Made by a program: the position numbers and the translations under genes. The notes beneath the pieces are model-generated. The model made no database searches. It saw nothing but the letters and a program-made list of their open reading frames with translations, and was not told the DNA's origin. Source: Phoronis australis (Eukaryota > Animalia > Phoronida). Taken from it: a DNA stretch of 64,000 bases. Shown in pieces: positions 36,742 to 49,600 of the stretch (position 1 is the first letter of the stretch; each line of letters starts with the position of its first letter). Where the stretch lies: assembly GCA_002633005.1 (NCBI GenBank), contig NMRA01000267.1, forward strand, positions 62,001 through 126,000, in the 5' to 3' direction.

Positions 36742-37617
36742 AAAAAGTCCAAGGGAAATAAACGCTACAAATTTCACCGGATGTCATCCCATGCTACTCT
36801 TTGCAAGTGTCACGCATAAGGTCGCGTGCTTCGCTTAGTCTCGCGCTTGTCCTTGCCTAACTTGGTAACATCAATTGAACTACTTTGTGGTTATCACGGT
36901 GAAAAAATTAACAGCAACCAAAAAAGTGGAGTTGTAACTATTCACCTAAGTCATTTAAATTTCCTTTGACATGCATCATCGAGGCTATGTGTAGTAGAAC
37001 CATAAAGAATCGCTGAAGTAAGCGCTTTTAAAGTGACAATTTTAAATGTAAAATGTATTTTTGACGTTGTGAGAACCTCTTATTCGGTGACCGCTCAGTC
37101 TCTTGTTGTGGCCTAACTCGCGTGATGTCAGTTAAAATATTTTGTGGTTATCGCGCCTAGTGAAAAATTTAACAGCAACCAAACACTGGAACTGGAATTC
37201 TTTGCCAAAGTCATCTTAATTCCCATAGACATACTTCATCGAGGATATTCATAGAGCCAGAAAGGATAGCTGAAGAAACTAAGCACTTGTTTATGTGATG
37301 GTCTGATGCCCATAATTGAATGAATAATTTCCTCAGAAGAATAATCATTCGCAAAACCTTTTTATTGGAACTTGTGACCTCGCCAAAGTTCATGATACCA
37401 AGTTCAATGTTACTTCTCGTTAGCCAGGATGAATCTTTACTTTTCCGTGCTGTTAATCCTCCAAAACTCAGGGATGTTCCTGACCAGGTTTGAACCTGTG
37501 CCCTTTGGTAAATAGCTCTTATGACATATACCAATTTTCGGATGGATTTGAGCTATTTTAAGCCATCTAGTCGACATTTTATGATACCCCTTGAAGTACA
37601 CCATTTGCAGTGCATTT

Positions 37618-37652
37618 GTGGGCGCATTTCGACGCTCTGTGTTGCTCTTGTT
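37618..37652. mobile_element. Helentron/HINE-like terminus (reverse complement AACAAGAG...TGCGCCCAC)
   Basis: Same 35-mer at 24396-24430; degenerate copy at 3157-3179; ends in TT. Confidence 0.5.
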
Positions 37653-40512
37653 CGAAAAGTTGTGCCCATCAGACTCCGTGCAATGAAAGTGGTAGCATAT
37701 GAAAACAAACGTCAATGGCAAATAAAGTATGAAGTCGTGTTTTACCTGGTTGGCTATAAGTTGACTAGAGTCTTGCATTTTCGGGAAAGTGTTGCAACTT
37801 ATTTGCGCCTTTTTATTCTTTATGTGCTAATGGCGTAACGGTGCAGTCCAGGAATATCCCTGAAAACTGAAAATGAAACTTATGAAATTTGATAAGTTGA
37901 AACATTTGCTTTAAGTCTTCACTCTGAGATACAAGTTTTTTTCAGCTGTTTTACAAGGCTTGACGCTATGGAACTCGCCAAGTCGCATTTTGCGACCTAG
38001 CCAAAATCCCAGGTCGCATTTTCAAAATTCAGCTCACATCCATGAATGCCAGGTCACAAAATTTTCCCGCATTTTTATGCACCAAAACTTAAATTCAAAG
38101 GCTGTTGCCGACATGAAAGTTGAATCAGTGCTCCCTAACCAACATACGCATTCAAGTGGCTATGTTTGCAATGTCAAAAGGGAGAAAATTTTCGTCGAAA
38201 AATATCCGCGATTTTGGTAGGTCTGACCTGCTATATGACTGTCATCAATGTCGTTAAAGATCCAAACTAACTTTGAGTGCAAACTTCCTCCATTTTTTAT
38301 TCGCAGCCCAAACTTTGCAACTTCACTCGACGTTTGAAATACATGCTGTTGAAAAAAATCCATGAAACGTTACCCTAGCTGAATGACGTATGGAGATGTG
38401 TGGGTACAAATCAGTGCAAATTTCCCAACAAAAATGTTAAACTTATGCTGTTTAAGTACTCGACAATTAGTTTCCAGGTTCAAATAAAAAACCTCGAAAT
38501 TATTCCCGAATCCGTGCAGTTTCCATCGGGTAATTCAAGTTTGCTCTCTCCTCAATGCTTTCCATGTACGGGAAAAATAGGTCAGTTACAAAACGACACA
38601 CATGGCACAAGTCTTGACTTTTTTTCGAAGGTATACAAAGATGGTTTTTTTTACATATTGAGAAAAGACGTTTTCTTTGAATTTGTTGTGTAAAATGAGA
38701 GTGACTCACTATATGCTGCATGTCAATTTCAAACCACGTGAGGTCGTTTGTAGTGCACTATGATGGGCGCTAGCCTGAACTGTGAGTGCTTAATTGGTTA
38801 TTCTCAAAAGTTGAGGTGGAGCTCTTAGTAGAGCATTGAGCCCTTAATATGAAACACTTCAAAGGTAGGGAGTAGGTGCATACATCAGCGCATTTGTTAA
38901 ACTGAGTGTTTGCGGTATTGAAAGACTGCAATAGTACGAAATGATATTATAATATGACTTTGTGTGGCAAACTCCATCTACTAGGGGTAACTTTCTGGCT
39001 ATCGTTAGCACCTACACTGTACGGTTTTGAGCCACCCGCAATAATTTTGTTTTTAATTGCCCGCTTCAGCCGGAGTGACATTTTTTCTTTTGGAGTCTGA
39101 AAATTAGTTTTACGGCGTCATTCGGGGAGCAAAAAATTGGCAGTGGGGTGCATGAAGATAATAAAAAGTTCGCTGACCACAATTTCGCATCTACCCATTT
39201 AGTTGGAATAGCTGGCTATGGGCATAGACCATCGGGCCTAGGGAACTTCGACCCGAGGAACACCGGAACAGGAAAATATTAGGTCTGAGCTACATCGGTT
39301 CAGGGGAATATCATAAAGGCATCGCTGGGAATCTATTAAATTCATTTGTCAAATAAACCATTGGCACCCGAGTGCTTAACAGAGCCAAGCTGGTATACTC
39401 TTTCACTTAGGACTGTCGCTGAATTCTCTTTTGTTGTGCAGCTTTGGAGTGGTGCGCCCATGTCGGTTCACGCATTTGAATCGCTGGTGTAAGCTTACAC
39501 TTTACGTTGGCCATGTGATTGACCACTCGTCTGCCACGCACGTAGCCCCAGAAACAAGTAAAGGGTTTGAGAATTTCTTGGCAACTTAAGAACTACATTG
39601 CTGAAATTAAGACATGGCCGTAGTTTGGCAATTAGTAGTTTTGTCATTTTCACGTTTCCTGTCTTTTGCGATAAGAAACGAGACGCACATTTCCAAGCCA
39701 CAGTTGTCTGCCAGCACTGCGGTTTGCGCGCTAACAACGGGACCGACCAGTGCTGCAGTGCGATATCGGGGATTTTGTTGTGGATATTTGATACGGACAG
39801 AAAATCCTAGAGTACATTCACAGCATTGGCTTACCTGCGATGATGATTTCATGCAAAAGGTCAATCGGTATTTTGATTAAAGAATCATTGAATTAGTACC
39901 AAAAGACCAATATAGCCTAAATACTGAAGTTGGAATTATTTTGAATTAATGTCTGGGCCACAGTAAACAATTTGATACTAGAAATTCAGAGCGTACATTT
40001 ATCACGTACTTCCGCCACACTAACTCACCTTACATAGAGTTGGCTTACAAAAATTTCTTAGGAGATATCAAAAAATTAGTATGTTGTACTCTACAAGCAC
40101 TCCACTAAATTATCATATAAAACAAAAAAATGTAACTATGCAACTCACAGAAAATTAACGTTAACAATGGCACTGCCTTGGTCCATCAAACCCTTTTAAA
40201 GGCAATTTCCCCAGTCAGATAAAATGATAGGGGAAAAGTTTATACATTCTTTGAAAGCTATCAATGAGACCTAAAATTGATGTATTAATTATTTTCCTAG
40301 GATGAAAACCTTTTTCAGATTTGGTCAAAATGTTCTCTGATTGTATGTCCGTCAAAAATGGAATGGCCCATCTCTCTCAACTTGTCTGCCTAAAATTGGT
40401 CGAACGTTCGCACTCCCACAGCACTGTTTTATGATACAAAGCTAGTGTATTTCTCTACATTTTGTTGCCGTTGTGACTCAATGACTGATTTGTGTTTTTT
40501 TTTTGTTTACAG

Positions 40513-40637
40513 ATGCCACGTTCCCGTAGGCGACATCGTTCCTATTCTGACGACGATGATGGTTATGTGTCCCGTAAACGACATCAGTCGTCGTCACGTG
40601 ATAACTATGGCGATTACAGCAGGCGGCGTTCTCGGAG
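40513..40637 (+). CDS. CLK: CLK exon 2 (first coding)
   Basis: cag|ATG; [41 protein letters not shown]; AG|GTAAGC donor. Confidence 0.88.
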
Positions 40638-43600
40638 GTAAGCCTAGTCGCCAATTAGTATTGAAGTTAAGTGGTTCCATGCACTTATATGGGAAAAGAC
40701 CACTAATATTGTAGGTGTAGGAAGTTTTCCAACTGAGGCCATCGATACCTTTATTTTGGGACCAGATGTTGGGCTGGCAAACAGCAGAACTTCCCCATAT
40801 GCCAATGGAATGGTGCCAGCATTGGTGTCAGAAGGAAGATACTGATACTGGAACTTTCGTTGGTTATCTAAGGCCCTGAAAACACTGCTGTAGGGCGAGT
40901 ATTTTATGATGATGTCAATGTTGCCTCAGAAATGTTACAATAGGGTCAAGTTCTTGTAATGATTTTTTATGGAAAACCTTCAACACAATTCAATTGGTAG
41001 TGCCAGGAAAACTCTTAGATGAGTTGTGTATATGTAATTGTGCACATGTTCTGTAGAACCCAATTTTTTCTGATTGGCCGATTTCGGGTTTGAGTTTCTA
41101 GACCAATGAAAGTGAAGTGAAAGTTGTGTCACTGTTTGAATTAAACAGCTTTCTGATCTTTAGGATATCACAGTTTTGAACAGTTACAGTTATAGTTAAT
41201 TTTAGTAACAAAAAGAACAAGTAATAAATGACTGAAGTAGAGATGTATTACACCAGGGCAGTCCATATCAGTATCGGATAGTGGTGCATTGTGGGAACAC
41301 CATACAAAGGAAAGTTAATTTGCATTCAAATCACAGGAACAACTGAAAGGCAACTAATAGGGGGAGTGGAAATGGTTCCATTGCCCCGCCTCCAAACTCC
41401 AGTTAAGATTCCCAAAACCCCAGTCCTGGACCAGCAAACAAATTTTGTGTCCCTGCCCCTAAAGTCCACACAGGCACCGAAAATACTCCATACCAGGGGT
41501 ACAAACTCCAGTACCACCCATGGTGTAATTGTACTTGTAGTTCCAACAATTATGGTCTTGTACCTGTTGTTGGCAATATTGCTGACTGTCAGGTGCTGCC
41601 CCCTGCAGACTTGAACATCAAACTTAGCAAGATTTAGTTATTGATTCTGTGCTATGTCTTAAATCTTTCTGTTCATAATGAGCAGTTTGTGATAAGAAAA
41701 CTAACTTTTTGTATTCTGGTTTGACTAATGTAAAAAAGTTGTAATAATTAGAAGCTATTGACTAGTATTTGTTGGTATGAGTGACACTTGTCAACCAACA
41801 TCAGCTGTTCCTGATGTTTTAGGGTCATGCCGTGAGACACTTGATTTACAAAGCTCCCTTTGTACATTAAAAGCCCGCTCTTTCAATTTCTTATTGAAAT
41901 ACTCCACCCTGTTTGGAACTCTTGGTCTTTGTTTGAAAAGCTTTTACCATGTATTTGAAAAAAGAAAAAGGACTTCACTAAAAATGTTGCAGACCAAAAC
42001 CAATTATGCTGTTTTCTTAGGTGCTAGCGTAATTTGTCAATATATCTTATTCGTTATTCTCTGCTAGTATATTAATTTGTGAGCTTTTTTCATGGACCCT
42101 TAAAATGTAAATGTATCCCAAAAATTTCAGGTGTTAGGTACAATGGACAGCAGTGTTTGTAAGTGTAGGGCTTATTATGCAAATGATTAAAATGGTGTGG
42201 CAAATATGTGACGTTTTCCGAAATTGATAGTATCTGGATTTACAGTCAGTGGCAGACTTTCAGTAAACAATGAATGGGGGCTGATCACTTGGGACCGGTG
42301 ACCCATATCGCCACCTAGCTGTACCAGGAGTTACTTTGTCTTCGCAGCAGGTGGCACAGGAGAACAGTTTGGTTTTGTGAAAAAAACTTATACATTGTAT
42401 TTGCATTACAAGATGTGTTTGGAGCAAAAGTGCCTCCTCGTCCTCTAGAGGGCTATAGTATCCAAAAGTCTCCCAGTTTCCCTCAGTTTTGGTGCTTGTC
42501 AGTTTCTATCATCCTTCACACAGTCTTAGAATTTAGGACATCATATGAAAAAATAAATTATATTTCAGCTAATGTTTATTCTGTTTATTCAAATGTGTTT
42601 ACGAATTTCAGGCTGGGTTGTTGTTTTTTTCGTGTGGTGTTTGAATGGCAGGACCTTAACTTTGAGAAATTTATTCAATGATTCAATTGTGACTCAGTTA
42701 AACTGGAAGTTGATTAGTTATGTATGTCTTCGTGAAACCATTCGGATTTGTGTAATTATAACTAATAGCATTTGTGTGATTTATTATTTTTTGGGGTTAT
42801 TTACTGTCTTCAAGTGACAGATAGTTTCTTTTTTAAATTAGGACTTGTAAAGATAGAGTGTTAACCAGATGAGAATATCTTCAGTGTTCAGAATGAAATA
42901 GGATTTAAAGTCAAGTACTAAGTTCACTTGAATTACGAACACGCTTACGTTTTTTTGATCCAAGCAGGCAAGCTGTTCTCAAAGGGGTCATTTTTGCCAG
43001 CAGTTACTTTGTTTCCTTACCACCAGAGTCACTTTTAAGCGAAAATTCACTGTTCACTCTCTTCCATGAATTGATTAATGTAACAATAAACTCAGACCTA
43101 CAGCAAAAGTGACACTTGTAACCAAAAAACGCTAGCCAGTTTGTGAACAGGGAGTATACAATCTGCCAGTCCCATGTAGTGTATGGTCAGCTTTTCTCCA
43201 TCCGACTGACAGCCATATGGCTGTTGCTTATCACTTCCCAAATTTAACATTTATTCTTTTGTGGAGCTATGACTGTCGTAGTTTTGAAGAGGTAGATCAC
43301 CTACACACTTCTGAGCTGATTCAAACAAGTAAAGCTTAATTTATCATGCCGCCCACTCAGCTTTTCATTTTTTGTCGTCATTGAAATTCTCTGTGTAACA
43401 GTAAAGTTTATTGACATTATAACGGTGAATGACGTAATAGTTTGATGTAAAAGTGATTTGCAGACCACCAATGAGATGAACTCCCTACTGACTTGCAGAA
43501 TCAGGGAGGGCGGTGTGGTTCCAGGAAGTGGCCATTTCTGCTCATTGAGCAACTACGATCTGCCATCTTTCCTCAAAGACATACATTGTCACCATCATTA

Positions 43601-46600
43601 ACCTTCCTTTAAAGCACTGCGGATCACAATCTCGATTTCAATATTCAAAAATGAGAAAACAGGAGAAAGGCAACTTTAATTCAAAGTTTGAGTGTGATGA
43701 TGAAGGTATACACAGCCAGTGTGTCATGTCCATCAACACGCTAGTTTCGTGTACAAACTTGTGCCATATCCGCGCTTCTCCGATGTCCCACAGGAAAGGG
43801 AAACCGCCAACATAACGCCTCGGCATTCTTTATTATACCATAAACCACGGGAAAACAAAACACCAATACCTGACAACTTTTCAGGTACTTGTTGAGACCA
43901 ACTTTACTACTGTAAGTGGTGCAATTGACCTATCGCCAGGACTTTGAGTGACAGCTTAAGAGACCAATCAGAACGCAGCATTCTTGACACACCTTCGTTT
44001 CCAAGCCACCATTTTACCCAACAAACACTCATTGTCGGGTAAAATTTATTGTTTGTTTGTCAACATTTCGCAAGGGGGCGGAGCTTGCGATAAGTCAATT
44101 AAAAAGTTAACGCACAGTGAACTTTGGCCAGGATGGGTGCTTTATTCAGGTAGTGCATTTTAGTGATTGCACACGCTAGTCAGAATCTACCATTGTCATT
44201 GTGTTCACTTGGTCTTACAGCAATAGCTACGGCCGTAGCCACAAGTATCGCTCCAAGTCACGCACTCCTGATTATAGACGCGGCCGTCAGCGTAGCAGCT
44301 ACACGTACAACAATGGTGGCCGGTACTCAGACGACGACAGCTATCGTGAACGCAGCAGTCGCCGACGTCATAAGCAGAGACGCCGAAAGCGGCGTCACTC
44401 CGAAAGCTCCGACCGGTCGGCTACACGGGTGAGTAGGATGCGCGTGCCCCGCAGTCATTGGTTTAAGCGTTTTTCAATTGAAGTTTATGGACTGTTTTAT
44501 TGTGTTAAGGGTGTACTAGCAGGATCTGGCCGATGGCTGCGGTATTTGCTTGTGTTGTAATACTTGGCGAGTGAATTGCTAGTGAGGGGTGGGGGTTTGT
44601 AAGGTTGATGCGCGTCTGTGTGAAATGTGTGTCCTTGCTTGTGTGTTGACTGAGTTTGTGCGTCCCTCACTGCGGTCTCCTCCTATCTGGCCACCTTCAT
44701 GAGAGGATATAGTTCTTCATATTTGTCTTGTTCTGCTTTAATATGGTCCGCAATCCATAAAGGAAACATTGGGACGTTTTATTTCTTGTTAATTCTCTAT
44801 CCAAAAACCTCTCTCATTGCACTTGTGGTTGGGTAATGTTAGAATGAACATTGTGTCCATGAATGATGTACAGGTCGAAAAGTAGATCCTTCGAATATTG
44901 CCTCATTGATTAGCTTACCCAGTATGGGTATTTATAGTTGCTCTAATGTTCACTAATGGGTTCATCTCTTGAGCACGCGCTCAAAGCAACACAGCACTGC
45001 TCTCTCTCATCATGAATTCACAGTGTTGATGTTTGTTAGGTCGCATCATTTACAGTAATATTGGCATCAGCATTGTCAGCGCTGCTGCTGTTATTGCTGC
45101 TGCTGCCGCGCGTACATTGGAAAACAAGCAGGCTTGAGTTGACTGGCACTGTGTGCGCATACATTATGTCAATTGCCTTCTGAGATGGTCTATTTAAATC
45201 CTCTTGCAGGAATCACATTAAGACATGATTCATACTACTGCACAGTATGCCCTTTGTCTCACAGAGCTAGCATTTGCAGGCTTAAGTAACCTCACTACCG
45301 GAAGGTCACATTGATTGATTCTTTCACATTGGTGCTATCTAGCTAGTTCATGACAGTCTGTGGTTGTGGTCACTCCATGTCAAATAGCTATTAACACGCT
45401 GTGTCTGACTTTGGTTATAAAACAGGAAAAGCCTATGTAATCAAAGCTAGTATTCTGGACTTTGTGGAGGATGTGGGTCGAATACATTAAGTGTAAAATT
45501 TCTCTGCTGCTGGTGTTATCTTCAGACCTGGATCAGAGATGAGGTGCTGTCCGCTGTTTTGGTTTCTGCCATGATCACTAGATGTCTGTGGTTCTGCCTT
45601 TACATAATCAGCTGTTGTCAGTTTATACTGCCTTCTAGTGGACATCTTGGCCTCAGCTCACTGGAATGCCAGTGATCCACGCCATTTGGCTTTCATAAGG
45701 GAAGCTTGTGGTCTTGGAAACCTGATCCGTTTAGCCTATTTTTGTGCACACACTCACACATGTGTTAGACCTTAACTCTGGCTGAGCTGATTAATGGTGC
45801 TACACAGTGGGCTGGCCAACCAAGGCGCATGCCCACCACATCAGAAACTGGCTTGCTGGTGTTGGCGCACTGAGGAGTGCTGTGATAAACTTGACTGCTC
45901 TGTGGAACATGAAATCTGATGCTGCCCTGGCTACTGCTAGCGCAACATGGAGGAAAATGCCGGCCACTGATGGAAAAGAGAAACGTAGATACAAGGTCAG
46001 TGCGTTCCGGTCTCTCTGGAGCTGGGAGTGGTGGAGTTGGTCCAATTTGGTGATTATGTGGGATGAACTTTGAGGGAGGGAATTTTGGTTATATGTATCC
46101 TAAGTTCAGAGAAGAACAATTAATGCTGTGTTGCTGGGTTGGGTCACAAACCATGAAGACCAAAGTCTGGAGAAACAACGTTTTCTCGAAGTTTCTTATC
46201 TCTGTGTTCCTTTGAGTCAAAATTTATGCTGTGTTGTGTTGTGGGACAGGTGAAGATTTTGAGAAAAAAGCTATCTGTTCCATTTTGTCATGTGTATAAT
46301 TCACTCACACTCGGGCATTTTTAACAGTTTTCAAACTGATAAGTATCAATATGGTTATCAGTTTTATTTTTTCTGGAAATGGAAGTTACTGTTTGTTGGG
46401 AAAACAGTTCTGAGATCAAAGACGAATGTGTTATATGCCAGCTGGAATCTATATAAATGAACTTATTAATGAAGTGAGTTGTCGTCAATTCTGTTGAGAG
46501 TTTTGTTAATGGTGGTTGGCTTTGGTAGTTCCAATTTATTTCATTTTTTTGTCATTTCAGTTTCAGTGTGATTATTTTCATTATAAAGGGGTTGTGGCTC

Positions 46601-49600
46601 CTTAAATATTTTTTTGGATTCCATGAATTTGTTTGCTTCAGTCTGAATGTCCCAAAATGGTAGATAAACAATATGCAGCTTTTCCCTGGTAGGAAACCTT
46701 TCCCTCAATCACTGGTTTATGATCCCAGCAAACATTTTTGTCTGTAAATTAAGACCAACTAAATCAACAGTATTGGTAACTTTGGTGCTTTTAAGTTCAC
46801 AATTACCTAAATTGTACCCGTAAATGTTTTTTAATCATACCCCTGTGAGATAAATATCTACGTAACTTTGAAATTTTCAAAGAGGAAAACTGCCATACAT
46901 GGTTGCCCTGGTTAAGGAGATGAAGTTGAAGTTAGTATTGAGAGGTGGTGGGAGAGTGATACACTTGGCCTCTCAAGATTAGACAATTTTGGGTCATCTT
47001 CCCCCCACTTAGGTAATGACTCCCAGCTCCAGAGGCTATCAGCTTTCGTTATTTGACCTGGGAAAATGAGAAGAAAATTGTCCTGGAAAGCAATTCCTTT
47101 GTGGGCTGGCTTTTGATATAACTGCAATTCAGGAATGAGGATTTTTGGGCTTTCGCTTTAAACCATGGAGTCCTCTCGTAGCCTGGCCTCTATTTCATCA
47201 GTTCTTGTATTTGTTAACCGAGTTCTTAAAGTTTAGTGCGGAAGTTTAACCACACTGTACAATGGGCTGCAAATTATTTCCAAGCGTTCAGTCATTACAT
47301 TGTTTCGCTTATTCTTCATTTCTTCCATTTGCAGGGGGTCACCTTGCCATTGAATTATCAAATGCAACAGCAGTTATGAATTTCATTTCAATACAAAATT
47401 GCCTGGAAACCCACTGTAAAAAGAATACTACGTTGTTCATTAGTTATCGTTTCATATGTTTAAGATTTTCACATTTTATTTGTGGTAAAGTTCAGAGGCC
47501 TGTTTTATCAATAGTTGTAAGTCTGGTCTCAGCTAAGAAGGTCATAATTTCCTGTTTTAATTTGCTCACAGTTCGTTAACGTGACTCGTTATGTCACAAT
47601 GGGAAAAACTATTGGTTGCAACGTTGCACTTTTATTAAAAAAATGCTGCATCGCATTTGCAATATCCTGCCTGCGGCCATCTTAGCCAGACTTCATGATT
47701 AGCTTGGCAGTGAGTAGAAAAACAAATCCTACATCATTTTTGTTCATCTCGGGTTGATTTTCTTTCATTGAGAAAGTGAGCAACTAAAATATTTCTCCAT
47801 CAACTGTGCTTTTTAGTCTTGTACAATATTTTGAAAAATGTGATCATTTTTAATAATGTGCCCTTTGAAAATTGAAAAATGGTCAATTTTGGCAATATTT
47901 TCGTCCATAATTTGTTTTAAGGTTTTGCCATAAATATATGTTTGATGTAATTGAGACTTACGATGTCTTTGCCTCTTTGTATTCTTGAATTTTCTGCATG
48001 GTGGCCCCTTCTAATGGTGAAATGAACAAAGCGCATTTTTTTTGCTTAAAATTCCTCTAAATGATGGCATCACCAGTGAGCTTTTGCTTCTTTAGAAAGA
48101 TTTTAAGCATATAAGATGAGGTGGATTGCTAAAGAGATGCACTGCCTGTTCTCTTTACTAGTGGGAGACAGTTTTAGGAAGATTTCCCTCGCTGTCAGTT
48201 TCAGTCAAGTGTGTAAGCTGAGCTGAGCAGGATTTTTAGAATGGATTTCTGTATGGAAACATGCTTGCTTTTCCAATTATCTGTTTAAACCCACACAGCA
48301 AAAGGTCACTGTTGTTTCCTTCCTAATTCTGTGGAGAGCTTTCAAGAGTGTGTTTTCCTGGCAAATGGTGTACTGTGCAGGAGTAGTGTTTGCTAGTCAT
48401 ATCAATTGTTGCACTTCCTGTAAATACTCAAAGCTGTCTGTCAAAAGTGTTAAGTTTCTTTTGTTTCAATATTTGACAAATTTGAAAGACAGTTTCCTTG
48501 CCAGATGTACTGTTACATAGTTCAGGTGACTTAAGCCATGTGCATTTGCCAGTGCCAGGCAATGGTCAATTCCCATTGCCTTCATTGGTGGCAATCCATG
48601 TGACTGCTTGTTTTCTGAAATTTCTCATGATCATTACTGATGTTTTTGTGCATTTTAAATTTTGTCCTCATTTGGCCATGTACCCTGTTTTATCACATAT
48701 ATCTGGGCTTGAATGAATTCGCCAACTGGTGCCATGATCACAACAAAACCCGCATTGCCTGCCTGTCCGTCTCTGTGGAAACCTGACGATTGTTGCCTGT
48801 GGTGATGACGCCGCTGCCGACGGGGATGTCGCCGCCGTACAGAGCCGACACGCCACAACGGAGAGAGCGCCAAGTATACAAGATGACAAAGACGGCCACC
48901 TGATATACAGACCTGGAGACATACTTCAAGCTAGATGTACTCACCACTTGATTCGTAACGTTCCCAAACTAAATTAATGACATCTTTCATTTTCAGTGAG
49001 CCCCTACTAAGCCAGTTTAGCATTTTCTACAGTTATTCTCCTCGTAGCACACAAGGTCGAAATGTTTGCATTTTGTCCTCTGTGTGTTCTGTTTGAAATT
49101 TTTACTCGCTTGATTTCAATTTCAATGTGTTTCATAATGCAGAAATTCTTGATAATTTAGTACCATGTCAGATGGTGTTAAGATTTTCTCCTATTGGTTG
49201 TACGACAGTCTATTATTTAGACACACCACAGAGCTGTGGTGACCTGTTACATGTAGGCTCAATGGCAACTCCTCCAGCTAAGATGGAGATGTAGCTCTGG
49301 TCAAGTGTCTGACCTTTTGCCAACTGCTGTCTAGAGGAATGTTCTCAACTCCCAGCCTGTAAATTATTGAGCTAATCACTCCCAGTCCTGTTTGGCTGCT
49401 TCAGTATTTGACTATTTTTTGTCTCCTACAATGCACTCCTCTTGATCCTGATGTTTTTCACAAGCCCTTTCTGATTGATCTCCTGTTTATTTCAAAACAG
49501 TTCCAGTGCAATGGCTAATTAAATCTGCCGATCTTTCACTTGTCACTTCCTTTTTCAAGGCTTGTGCTTTTTTATTTAGTCAAATGCCACTGTGTGTCAT

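Larger units (their letters stand above)
35160..37290. repeat. Diverged local repeat units (~35160-35515, ~36740-37095, partial ~37095-37290)
   Basis: Shared blocks aaaaagtccaaggga..caaatttcacc, tttgtggttatc(g/a)cg, catcgaggatat, ctgaagaaa.taagcac. Confidence 0.65.

Noticed and set aside
41291-41614. 107-aa ORF with a Pro/Thr-rich part and a hydrophobic C-terminus followed by RCC
   Set aside because: No recognisable family; the nearby acceptor (~41335) is out of phase with CLK exon 2; ORFs of this size arise by chance.
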